A stretch of DNA of 58,441 nt, counting the filler, from Sphacelaria rigidula (Eukaryota): the NCBI GenBank assembly GCA_964200075.2. It is 8 parts of 8 records of this genome, joined end to end, with 100 filler letters (N's around TTAATTAATTAA, not from the genome) between each part and the next. Parts side by side here need not be neighbours in the genome. Positions count along the whole stretch, not along the records: positions 1 to 7,218 come from CAXNAA020015911.1; positions 7,319 to 14,536 come from CAXNAA020015912.1; 6 more parts are not named here. The stretch is one strand, 5' to 3'. The notes under the pieces are model-generated. The model did not search any database. It saw only the letters and a program-made list of their open reading frames with translations, and was not told the DNA's origin. Shown piece by piece: positions 1-10,864 of this stretch (its first letter is position 1; each line of letters opens with the position of its first letter). The translations under genes were made by a program, and so were the position numbers.

Positions 1-77
1 GAGTTGCTTTGTTTTCTGGCATCGCCACTTCCAGAGACAGCCATGGCTTCTACACTGCCTCATGGGTGTCTCACCAT
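1..77 (-). mobile_element. 5' part of ~300-bp SINE-like family B (cut by contig start)
   Basis: Reverse complement begins ATGGTGAGACACCCATGAGGCAGTGT, the same 5' end as the copies at 36109 (+) and 40630 (-). Confidence 0.75.
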
Positions 78-94
78 GGGCAGGGGGGAGGGGC

Positions 95-620
95 GTACCC
101 ATTTGTTGCTTGACTTCGCCGTTTGACCATTGATCACGCATCCCTTTCGAGACGGAGTACCGTTCCTACTCCTAATCGAGACACCTTCAACATTCCGGCG
201 CTCATTACGTTTCTTCTATAGCTCATTACATTCCTTCCATACATGACACAAAAACCGTTTACATATTATCTTATCCCCGTCCTGTTCCGCCGTCTCTGGC
301 CACCATCTATCTCCTAGAATAGTAATCGTTTTCTCCCTACAGTCTAATGCATCGAACGATTTCGTGCCACATTCGTTCACATTCCACATTTTCCCCTCTA
401 GCACGTCCCGTTCCTCCTTGTATAGTTCATATTCTGCCACAATATGACTTATGCCCTCTACTACTTTGCCACGGAGGCAGTTCTGTGCATCTACCTTCTC
501 CTCCTCGCGCCGACTGGTGTATCTCTTTCTTTTTTCTGGCAGGTCCAGACCCCCCGTCCGGAATCGCAATTTTATATTTTTTCGCAGCGTTCATTGGGCC
601 ACGCGAATATGCTTTCATTC
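95..620 (-). mobile_element. 3' fragment of RTEX-like LINE family A (C-terminal zinc-knuckle region plus 3' end)
   Basis: ORFs 427..618 and 216..569 (SRGPMNAAKK / RFRTGGLDLPEKRKRY...HIVAEYELYKEERD...ILGDRWWPETA) are homologous to 48451-48945. It ends in the family 3' motif followed by a C-rich tract. Confidence 0.85.
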
Positions 621-1209
621 TCTCGGGGGCACCCGAGAGGTATCCGTGTGGAAAATAAAGAAATGGCGGTGGTGGTGATGATCTCTTGTCATTCCACGGG
701 CCAAACCCTTGCTCTTTTTCAAATCAAGTGTCCTTCACGCTAGAAACCACCTCATTGCGCATCTATAGGCAGTATAAGGATCCGCACGAAGTTTCAGGTC
801 ATTTCTTCCTCCCTGGGTTGAGTTTGACCCATGGCTGCTAATGCGGCTGTGCCCGGCGCAGCACGGACGGTAGATCGGAGAGATGTGACACACGCGCACA
901 AACACTTTGGAATAGGATATCTCTGTCAACACGGAAGCAAAATAAACGTACGGTATATCAAATTAAAGATCTCCTTCATCATAAATACATCCACACGTGT
1001 GTTTTTGTCATCGTTTCCTGTGCGTTCAGAAATTGTGGCCTATCGCCCCAGGGGTTACGCTACATGCATTTCATATACTCCCTCGAACCTCTTTTTCAAA
1101 ATTCCAGGAAACTTCCGAATCTGTATTTATCCGACAAAATATAGTGTTTTGATACACATCGGTCTACCCCTTGCACTGGGCACAACACACACCCGCAGCC
1201 GTGCTGAGC

Positions 1210-1617
1210 ATGCCACACATATCGCACGATCGAGTACTTCTCGTCCTTATTGCTGTCATAGTGATGGCGCAAAATTCAAATGGAAATAACCGCGAAATAC
1301 CCCGATCACGCGGCACTCCGTCTGGCCGTGCTCGCCGGGGGCAAAGATCGTTCTTCGCCACCACTCCAGTTGCTTCCACTGGTGGACCAGAACTCATCGC
1401 CCTCGGGGTCCTCGTCGTCGTGACTCCCGGCACTCCGTGGGCGGTCGGTCATCTGCGTCTACACCTCTTACCCGGGAGAGTTCACGTGCGGAGCGTATAT
1501 CTCTCATGGGTCGGCAGCAAGATTCTTTGCCCAGTACTGGTCAGCGGCAGCAACAGCGCCAACAAGCCGCCAGGGATCGCAGAAACGCTGACCTTCGCAC
1601 AAGGCGACAAGCGATGA
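1210..1617 (+). CDS. Possible small hypothetical protein or exon with a hydrophobic N-terminal stretch
   Basis: Open frame MPHISHDRVLLVLIAVIVMAQNSNG...TFAQGDKR*. The stop is followed by G|GTGTGT, the same ending as the frame that stops at 4686. No recognisable family. Confidence 0.25.
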   Translation: MPHISHDRVLLVLIAVIVMAQNSNGNNREIPRSRGTPSGRARRGQRSFFATTPVASTGGPELIALGVLVVVTPGTPWAVGHLRLHLLPGRVHVRSVYLSWVGSKILCPVLVSGSNSANKPPGIAETLTFAQGDKR

Positions 1618-2221
1618 GGTGTGTTGTCCGATTTTAAACGTAGATTCACGATGTAGTACACAGTCGTACTACAGTACACTGAGCAGTGCATGCGGTAGAT
1701 ATATAGATTTGCATACCACTCCGTACAAGGTTTTGACGGATACTGCTGTATCAGAGAGCTTCGATGAGGTGTGTTTTCCAGTTACCATGTTGTGCTGCAC
1801 AGTCGTACTGCAGTACAGCAGTACAGCAATACATACCAATAGTCTACAACTTTACATGCTGCAACGTTCATGCTCCGCTGGTCATCTGTTCAGCTTTGCT
1901 TGACCCAGCGCGCTGTTTTCCAGGCACATCCACCACACTTGTCGATCTTGAAAATCAGTTGTCACTCTACCCGAAAGCTGCGATTGGATCGATTCATAAT
2001 TGCGATGGGAAATAAACGGTCCCATCCCGTGGATTTCGGAGGGATAGGGATCCCTGTGCCGAGGTCCCGTTACAAACCTTGGATATGAGATTTGTGACCG
2101 TCCCTCCCTTCACCTGAAATGCACTTCAAGATTTACCTATGAAAGGACCCGTAGTCTATAAAAGAAATATATTATCACGTTTTGCATACGCACATATATG
2201 TCTATGTTTCCGTCACATTAG

Positions 2222-2462
2222 GCGGGGATTCCCGTTCCCTTGACGAGAAGTCACGGCCAATCGCACGAAAATTCTCGTGAAAAAACATGCCGGGAAATTT
2301 CCCGTGAGGATAAGACGGGAACGTTCCCGGTCGCGTTTGGACAGGACGGGACTATTTTCCCGTCTCCGGAAATACGACGGGACGGTAACGCGTTCTTGTC
2401 GCAAAACATACAACGGGACGGAACGGGAATTCCCGCCCTGTCCCGTGCCGTAAGAGTTTCCG
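2222..2462. repeat. Array of ACGGGA/TCCCGT motifs in both orientations (probable non-autonomous DNA transposon subterminal repeats)
   Basis: About 11 copies forming short palindromes (CGGGAAATTTCCCG, ACGGGAACGTTCCCG, GACGGGA-ctattt-TCCCGTC, CGGGAATTCCCG). Related motifs occur at ~2003-2075. Confidence 0.6.
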
Positions 2463-4222
2463 TAAGGTGTCCCCCCCCTCGATAGACCCTTGTGAACACT
2501 GACGCGGACTGAACTGCCCATGCATGTGCACCTAGTTTTCCCCTACTTCCACAGCAGAGAGTACGAGAATGGATTCGAGTCTCCGCTAGGAGCTGACCGT
2601 TGAGCGAACAAGCATGATGCTGCACGACATTAGTTTCGAAAAACATCGTTGGGTTCGTAACTTTTCGATACCGGGTGACATGGCAACGATCAGGATTTGC
2701 CCCGGGGTCCCGTCTGTTGGGGAACCCGTCAAAGAGGATCTGCAGGATACGGTCATGACCTGGTTTGTCAGAATATGATATTGTTTCGGAAACTCAATGG
2801 TTGTTATCAAACCCAAAACGAAACTTGCACCAGGTCCAACTCGAGCCACATCGAGAACTCCTGGGCATGGAGAGTGTAGAGAAATGGTGTCTTGGCCAAA
2901 ATGCGCATTGGCTGAGCTCAAACCGGCACCCCAGGCAACGAATTGAGCAAAAATGCGTGCTGCCCAAGCTGGCGAACGCCTGGGGCTACAGCCCCCCGAA
3001 AGGTTGGGAGAATATAATTCATATCACTACCATGAGTTGCCAAGTCGTGGAGTTTTTCGATTGATTGCGGTTACTGTTTTTTTCGGAGATGGATCCATGC
3101 AAGCAATAACAACTGGCATTACAGGCGTTGCGCACCAACCCTGACACTGACTCTCATGGCGTGCGATACTGATGTAAATAATTGCTCGCGCAAGCCACAA
3201 ATACATACCCAACGTTATGGTCGTTCATTCAAACGGCCTAGTCTCGTCCACAACGCCATGGCGGTTATACAAGAAGGCAAGACGTGTCCTTTTTCCGGCC
3301 GTGATTGTCAGCGCCGCGCGACAGGTCTTTGTGCTCTTTTTATAATTTCTGGGCATGATGCATGCTACACCGGGAGTCAAACAGGTACGTTGATATTGAA
3401 GCGTAGACAGGAAGAAGGCCGTTTCAGCCATACTGCTCTGGCTATGCGGTGCCGTTGAATAGGGCGCACTCCTGCAAATGGAGCACAGGTAGGAAATAAT
3501 TAGAACCACTATTAGGCTGATATTTGGGGTGTAATCGCTTTAACGCACCGATCATTCGTGTGTCGCGGCGAATCATTTCACCATCTTAATACCAAGATCC
3601 TAGAAGAGAGATCCAGATGACCTGAGAAATTGCGTCTTGATCCAAATTTCCCGAGTAATCAAACATTACCTTCCCAAATGCAGTTTGTTTTGTTTTCCTT
3701 GTTTGTTCTCTTATCGTCAGCAGCGAAGCTTTTTGAAGAGGATATAAGAAATACTACAAAAAGGAGAGAGGCATCAGCTAAAATCTAGTGCATCTACTCT
3801 ATGAGCGTTGATGCAACACACAGACTAGCCGGGGAGCCGTATCGAGAGGGTTGGACTCCAACTTTTATCCTGCAGCTGCCGTGTTTCACCTCGCACTGGA
3901 TACAAACTTCAACTCCGTAGGCACGAACGTTTACCAAACGTTGCGGCGCTGCCACGGTAAACACGCCAGTCAAAAAGGGACATGTGTTAGTACGTGCCAG
4001 ATTCGGCGGACTGGTGAGAGTGGCCGACACGGGCTGTGGCGGCTGCACCCTCCCGGTGAGGACGACAGGCAAAGCAAGAACCTGGACATGTGAGCTCAGC
4101 AAAAATCAAAACAGAAAAACATAAGTCGCACGTGAGATAAGACGGAGAGGAAGCCCGGAAAGGAGAGTAGGAAACAGAGCAAAGCGTACAGACGTAGATG
4201 AAAGCTAGACGCTTATAGGGGA

Positions 4223-4431
4223 TGTAATGCGTGAGAGGACCGCGTGCTTAGAGGACCGCATTGTAGTCCAAAATACCTCAGGACCGACGTTTTAAAAAAT
4301 CAATCGTGCCAGTCCCTGCAAAGACCACGCCTGACCCCAACCCCAACACTAACCCTTAACCTAAACCTAACCCTGGAGGTATTCAAATTCCGATGCGGTC
4401 TTCTAAGCAAGCAGTCATCTCACGCATTACA
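4223..4431. mobile_element. 209-bp MITE with TGT...ACA ends, ~38-bp TIRs, 5-bp TSD (GGGGA) and internal telomere-like repeats; Ginger-like
   Basis: Left end is TGTAATGCGTGAGAGGACCGCGTGCTTAGAGGACCGCA and right end is TGCGGTCTTCTAAGCAAGCAGTCATCTCACGCATTACA. GGGGA lies at 4218-4222 and 4432-4436. A degenerate (CCCTAA)n tract lies at ~4330-4374. Confidence 0.8.
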
Positions 4432-4621
4432 GGGGAGTTCACGGTGACAACCACCAACGTCCGTACACTATCTCTCACGGGAAGTATGGAGATTGGCTAT
4501 GCTGGTAGACGGTTTTGCAGAGGTTTGGAGCGGTGGGCTATGGTGTCATCGAACTGCAGGGAACACGGAGGCGAGGTCTATACTGCGTCTTATCCTGTTG
4601 GCAACGAGGATCCTGTTCCCC

Positions 4622-5376
4622 CTGTCACAGCGATGCCGACCGCGACAGAAACACCAGTACGCGCAGAGAGCAGAGAGCTTCGATGAGGTGTGTTCTTGCT
4701 TCAACTTTAAACGTAGACTCATGCTATGCGTACAGCAGTACCTACTCTGTTATTTTGTACCCGAGCTACAGTGTACTTAGAAACATATGATGATGGCTAA
4801 ACAGCGCTTGTTTCCTTTTTTCCATAAGAAGCTGCAACGTTGATGCTCATGGCTGGATACTGCTGTATCAGAGAGCTTCGATGAGGTGTGTTCTCCAATT
4901 ACCATCATGTGCTACACACGTACTGCAGTACAGCAGTACAGCAGTACATACCACCAGTCTACAACTTTCGAAATTTCCCTTTACATGCTGCAACCTTCAT
5001 GCTCCGCTGTTCATCTGTCACAGCGATGCCGACCGCGACAGAAACAACAGTGGGCGCAGAGAGCAGAGAGCTCCGATGAGGTGTGTTGTTGCTTCAACTT
5101 TGAACGTAGACTCATGCTCTGCGTACAGCAGTACCTACTCTGTTATTTTATACCCGAGCTACAATGTACTTAGAAACATAATATATATGATGATTGCTAA
5201 ACAGTACTTATTTCCTTTTTTCCCTTGAAAAGCTGCAACGTTGATGCTCGTGTCCAGATACTGCTGTATCAAAGAGCTTCGATGAGGTGTGTTCTCAAAT
5301 TACCATGCTGTGCTACACAGTCGTACAGCAGTACAGTAGTACAGCAGTACATACCATAGATAGACAATAGTCTACA
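4622..5376 (+). repeat. Tandem duplication with 393-bp period, built from ~200-bp subunits each containing GAGCTTCGATGAGGTGTGTT; partial copy at 1612-1890
   Basis: CTGTCACAGCGATGCCGACCGCGACAGAAAC starts at 4622 and 5015. CGATGAGGTGTGTT occurs at 1612, 1762, 4681, 4879, 5074 and 5280. Confidence 0.9.
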
Positions 5377-5783
5377 TTTTACGCCTAACAATTCTCGCAC
5401 CCCTCCCGTCCTCTCTTCCTCCTGCTTCGTGTCTTCGCCACCTTACATTGCTATGCAGGAACTGCCTACTACACACAAGCCCCCAGCTCATGATTAACCT
5501 CAGCAACAACGTCGTCTCCTGCCTACGATATTCTTCAACTTTCCTTCTCGTAAATTGCAGAGCACGATACCTGTACGGAGTTCTCCTCTCATACAGCGCG
5601 TGTCTGATGGCTTTTGTGCCTTCTGTCCTTCGTTTGCAAGTTTATAAGTACGTACCCGGATATCTTGCACGGGGTTCGCGTCTCCTGCAGCAGGCACCTG
5701 CTGACTTTTGTGTCCTCTCTATACGGGAGGCTTTTTTTTTCTCTGCCTTGTTTTCGTAATCAATCACGTATCATAACGAGTGT

Positions 5784-6409
5784 AGCCCGTACCTGCCTCC
5801 TCTCTTTCCAATTGTAAGGGTTTACCACCCTCCTTTTCCTTTGGTTTACCGATGTTTTCAGTGCTTTTCCTTCGAGTTGGTGTGGACTTGTCGTCGGTGC
5901 CAATTGCACTTCTCCTGATATGCTCTACAAACTTAATTGTTGTGCTTTCAGATGTCTTTGCACGTATTATGCGCCTCCTACGGTGTCATCTATCTTGCGC
6001 ATCCGCCTTGCTTGCGATAGAAACGTGCCTACAGGCCCCATAGCTCCGCTGTTTTTGCCATGTTTACTTCCTAGTACTTGGCCGTTCAGTGTCCAGTGCA
6101 GCCCGTACCTGTCTCCTCTCTTTCCAATTGTAAGGGTTTACCACCCTCCTTTTGCTTTAGTTTACCGATATTTTCAGTGCTTTTCCTTCGAGTTGGTGTG
6201 GACTTGTCGTCGGTGCCAATTGCACTTCTCCTGGTATGCTCTACAAACTTAATTGTTGTGCTTTCAGATGTCTTTGCACGTATTATGCGCCTCCTACGGT
6301 GTCATCTATCTTGCGCATCCGCTTTGCCTGCGATAGAAACGTGCCTACAGATTTCTTACCTCTGCTGTTTTTGCCATGTTTACTTCCTAGTACTTGGCCT
6401 TTCAGTGTC
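5784..6409. repeat. Near-identical 316-bp tandem duplication
   Basis: AGCCCGTACCTG starts at 5784 and 6100. The duplicated ORF translations (LYKLNCCAFRCLCTYYAPPTVSS) at 5920 and 6236 confirm the 316-bp period. Confidence 0.9.
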
Positions 6410-7074
6410 TTCCTTGTTTGGTCTTGACTTTCCGCTTTCCACCTCTTGTCGTAGGACTCAAGTTGCACCTTTTCCTCTCTTGTTGTATCGGATGTGGCGT
6501 GCACGCAGGAAGACCACTTGTAGTGAGACACAACCTGTTCTTGTGCTGTAGCTTTTGGTGCTGCATGTAGTCATACACTACTGCAGCCGTTGTCGGTCCT
6601 GTGTTTGACTACACGCAGCACGTTGCTGCTCATCATAGGGTCTGGTTAACACGCGACTTTAATACATATGTAGACTATGCACTTCGTCTCTACTGCGGGG
6701 ATCGCATCTGTCTGAGACTTTTTTTCTCAGTTCTTCCCTTGCATCTGGTATCCTTTGCCCTACTGCTCTTTGCGCCAACACATTTCCAATAACGCTCACC
6801 ACCTTCTTATCTACCTCTTCTTTTCGGACACCATCGCCGCATATCTGCCACCACCATCTCTCCTCATAATATCCGACCGGGTACATATCATTTTTCATTT
6901 TCCTTTTATTAGCATAGACTACATTCCTCTTCTCCCTACACTACACCGGACGATTCAAGGGGTGGAGAGGGGAGCGGGGGGACACTGAGAGAACAGCACG
7001 CCGCCTGCCACGAGCGTGCCTTTCCAATATATATTACTGTAGAAAATAGTCGAGGAGAACCCCTGACCGTTTTT

Positions 7075-7137
7075 TCATCTGTTGCTTGCCTCAGCCATTT
7101 GACTATTGACCACACATCCCTTTCGAGGCGGAGCACG
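7075..7137 (-). mobile_element. Short 3'-end fragment of LINE family A
   Basis: Reverse complement reads GTGCTCCGCCTCGAAAGGGATGTGTGGTCAATAGTCAAATGGCTGAGGCAAGCAACAGATG. It is directly preceded on its own strand by a C run (G run at 7137-7147 on +). Confidence 0.75.
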
Positions 7138-7218
7138 GGGGGGGGGGTAGAGGCGTAAGGGGGATATGTAATACTGACCGAGGCCAGCTCTCCCGGGAGG
7201 CTGAGCCATTCCTGCCCC

Positions 7219-7318
7219 NNNNNNNNNNNNNNNNNNNNNNNNNNNNNNNNNNNNNNNNNNNNTTAATTAATTAANNNNNNNNNNNNNNNNNNNNNNNNNN
7301 NNNNNNNNNNNNNNNNNN
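7219..7318. other. Artificial contig spacer N44-TTAATTAATTAA-N44 (also 14537-14636, 21855-21954, 29173-29272, 36491-36590, 43808-43907, 51125-51224)
   Basis: Identical 100-bp spacer with stop codons in all six frames. The contigs between spacers are 7218, 7218, 7218, 7218, 7218, 7217, 7217 and 7217 bp, i.e. length-sorted. Confidence 0.97.
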
Positions 7319-10240
7319 TACCACGGTATGGGATACCCCGGTAAATACCGGGGGTACGCTCGGTACGGTACCTTACCTACGGTGCCTGTGAAACATTACG
7401 CCGGCGTTTTTTGTCTTCATCGATATTTCCTCAGAGCCGCTGATGCGTAAACAATTAACACCCTGAACAATAAAATACAATGTCAAAACGTGTACTGCTT
7501 ACAGTATTGAATATTGCGTCTATTGCAATAGACAGCAGATTTCATACTGTAAGCAGTAGGCTTCTTCACATTGTAATCTATTGCCATCATCCAGGGTGTG
7601 AAATAATTACGTACAACGGCGTAGGTAAACTTGCGAGACGAGATCATACTTCGCTACTGCCGTTTTTATCAAACGGAACGTGGGGGCAGAAAAACTTCGA
7701 CTGAAGAAAAGGAACTGTTTTGCGAGAAGTTTGCTAATGCACTGAAAGCCCTTGCTCCGTTTCGACCGACCCCACCTTCATCCGAATCGCCTTCCAATCT
7801 TGTCCGTTGAACGACGGGTCAACGTACGCCGCGTTCACCACCCGCCAAACCTCGTTCACCACGTCCTGTTTTTGTGTTCGAGATGGTGCGCGCGACGTGA
7901 ATTCTTCAAATCTATTGGGTCGGTTATTGATCGCCGTCCATCAGTTATCCGTTCTCACATACACTGAACACGCTCAAACCGCGTGGTTGCGCGTGCACTA
8001 CTGTGAAGATCTGTAATGTGGGGTGTATTCCTCGCGAAACGGGTTCGGGCATGGTCCAGCGTACGGTGTATGGGCAGACTGAGAGCGACATCGGTCACAA
8101 TAAAAACAGGAGGAGCGGAAAATAACTCGCGTGCCCGCCTGAGGGTGACCCTGAGCATGGAACCAGGAGGAAATGAAGAATCTTGACCCTTGCATACACT
8201 GTACACAGTGTCTGCGCAAGACTGTTGTGAGCCGAGAAGCTGACCTTTTCTGTACCTGGAGACGACCCACAGTTTAACTACGCCGCCGATGGGCACGGGC
8301 GCTGAAAACGGTTTGCAAAATATAACGTCACTGAACAGGTAGGATTGAATTTCATGCGGTTTCCAACAACGGTTCCTCGGGTGGCAGAAGGGGCTCGTTC
8401 GACTTGCGGCGTATAAAACATGCGCGTGGCAAACAGGCAGCAGAAAGCCGCTCTCAGCTTGACGGTCGCGGAGTATGAAAAGCGCGGAGCAAAGTGTCGG
8501 CCCAAGCGGCTTCTCAACTCTTGCATTAGTGTTACCGCTAGCCACTTCGAGCTACTATTTCCGCGACTTTCAGGTATTCATCGATGTGCAGGTGAATGCT
8601 GGTGGGAAAAACAGGCAGGCTTGAGGTACATGTACACCTCCTGGGTTCGCGGGAGCCTCCAGGTATCCCGCCACCTCGACCCGTAAGGTTGCCGCGTTCA
8701 AGGGCGGGTTGTACGCTAAGGTTTTGCACAAATTGCAGTATCTGAGTGTGACCATTTCCTTTCCTGCGCCCAATATCCACCCACCTGTTCATCAGAGAGC
8801 GCACGTGCCGACTGCGGTCGGACGGTGAGCCCAGTAGCTCGTGACACCTCATCGCCTATGCGGAATACGTCGGGTCCTGCAAATACCCATGCTGCGCAGA
8901 CTATGCACGCCATCATTCCCCGGATCATATTCCATCCCACGCCCTCACCCGGCGTGAGCGCAGACATTTTTGAGCTAGCTCGCTCACTGGTGCTGCTGGT
9001 GCTGCTGCATATTATCGCCGTCCTGGGTCGTGATGCTGAAGGTCGTCTTGTATTAGCAGCGCGTAACCTTTGAGGGGGCGGAATGATTAGAGTGGGAAAA
9101 AGGCAAGCGGGGAAAGGGCATGCTCTCAGCGACCGCAGAAGGCATAAAACGTGCCCCCGCAGCAGACTGCACAGCACGTTGTGCGAGTTTCGTTACAGTT
9201 CAGTTAACTGGACAGCGTTACATTAGCAGGAAAGGGATAATCGCGCCAGCTCCAAATCGGTAGCGGCATTTCTCATGTCACACCACCATGAACAAGAGAC
9301 GGCGTCTACTGCAAAAGCAATAGGATCTGCAGCAATGAGCGCCATGATTGTCGTCGGTAATGGCAATCGATCGATAAGTTTCTCTGTCTACTGTCATCGG
9401 CAGTGTCCATGGGATGATCCTCCTCCCACACTTTTGCCCGGGAAGCAGTTTATTGTGGTTCTACACTGAAATATATTGCCGCCGACCGAATACATCCATA
9501 GGTAACTTCCCGAATCTATTGATGACCGAAATTGCCATTGATAGACTGTGTGCCATAACGATTGATGGCGGCAATGGGTATTGATAGATTGTTTACCAAA
9601 TATATTGATGTCGGTAAAGCTATCAATATATTGCGCTCAAAATTTGTTGATGACAATTGCTATCGATGGATACATACCACAATCTACAGTGGTATACAAT
9701 GCCTATCGATAGATGTTCTTTGTCGTCTACTGCCACGCATACATGCAATATACGACATATAGAGCATATACTCCACACACTGTGCTGAAGCACGATCAAG
9801 AGGTCGAAGTTGAACATTCGGTGAGTATTTGATTACACCACTGGTGAAAATATGACGCTACGATTCTACAAATTCAGAACGGTTGTATGTCGTAGGAATC
9901 CGCGGCATGTGTCGACACAAGTCAACGAGATATGTTGTTGGTGTGTGATGTTGGTAGTCAGGATTCTCCCCCTGATGGACAAGAGTGCTTAGAGTACTTT
10001 AGTGTGTGGAGGATATGCGCTTATACCCTAGGCAATAGACTGATGTAGGACATCGCCGCGACAAGAGTAGCCTCCAAAATGTGACCGTTAATGTCCATTG
10101 TCAGTCACAATCGACTGGCGTCACTGCCTGTTGATAGCGATAGTAGGCAACGATAGATTCGGGACAAGGGACGGAATGTGTCATTGGCAAGATAAATGGA
10201 GTGGCCAAGTTATTTATCGATGTTTGTATGCTATTTGTTG

Positions 10241-10473
10241 CAATAGGCTCTGAATTGTGCTCACCAATGTCTATTACCGATCACAGTAGGATCTGCATTG
10301 CGGTCACCAATGCCTATCGCTGGTCACAACAGGACCTGACTTGCGCCCACCAATGTCTGTTGCTGGTCATAATGGGATCTGAATTTCGGCCACTAACGTC
10401 TATCGCTGGTCACAATACGATCTGAATCGCGGCCACCAGGATAAATTGCTGGCCACAATAGGAGCTGACCGGC
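10241..10473. repeat. Degenerate 43-bp minisatellite, ~5.5 copies
   Basis: Units start at 10265, 10308, 10351, 10394 and 10437. Consensus is approximately CAATGTCTATCGCTGGTCACAATAGGATCTGAATTGCGGCCAC. Confidence 0.85.
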
Positions 10474-10611
10474 GTCGATCATTAGCTATCGACACACCAT
10501 TTTTCGGTGGATATCTCCACCTTCCACGAAGGCTTTTGCCAACTATCGCCTCACTTGCGTGTGAATTTGCTAGGAATACTGACGTTGATGCCTTAAGCCT
10601 CGGACAGCGAA

Positions 10612-10700
10612 AGTGGGCCATCTGTTGAATCGGCATCAACTTCATTTGAAAAAAGTATGCTTTGTCCAGATGGATTACGTTCGCGCTCTAAGGGTAAGAC
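10612..10700 (+). repeat. Dispersed repeat segment (CATCTGTTGAATCGGCATCAAYTTCAYTTGAAARAAGT)
   Basis: Homologous to ~21372-21455 (+) and, reverse-complemented, to ~42461-42495 inside the MITE at 42400-42630. Confidence 0.7.
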
Positions 10701-10864
10701 CAGTTCAGTGAGCAAAATGCATGAAAATATCATAAAAAATCAAAACCTTTTGTTGGCGGCAGTAGCTATCGATAGATGCTCTCTACAATAATTAATCCGT
10801 TGTTGAAGACAACGGCTCTCGATAGATATCCCCAAAATTATTTTTGCTGAGCGTAACGGTTTTA

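Noticed and set aside
4670-5295. GAGCTTCGATGAGGTGTGTT repeats as a CRISPR array
   Set aside because: Spacing is ~200 bp, the intervening sequences are homologous to each other, no cas genes are present and the context is eukaryotic.
7263-7274. TTAATTAATTAA at regular ~7.3-kb intervals as a biological periodic motif
   Set aside because: Always embedded in N44 padding. It is a six-frame stop linker used to concatenate contigs.
8280-9000. Minus-strand gene with an N-terminal hydrophobic exon (MSALTPGEG...ALSDEQ|GT)
   Set aside because: No consistent downstream exon chain or recognisable domain.
10241-10473. 43-bp repeats as a CRISPR array
   Set aside because: Head-to-tail degenerate units with no unique spacers.
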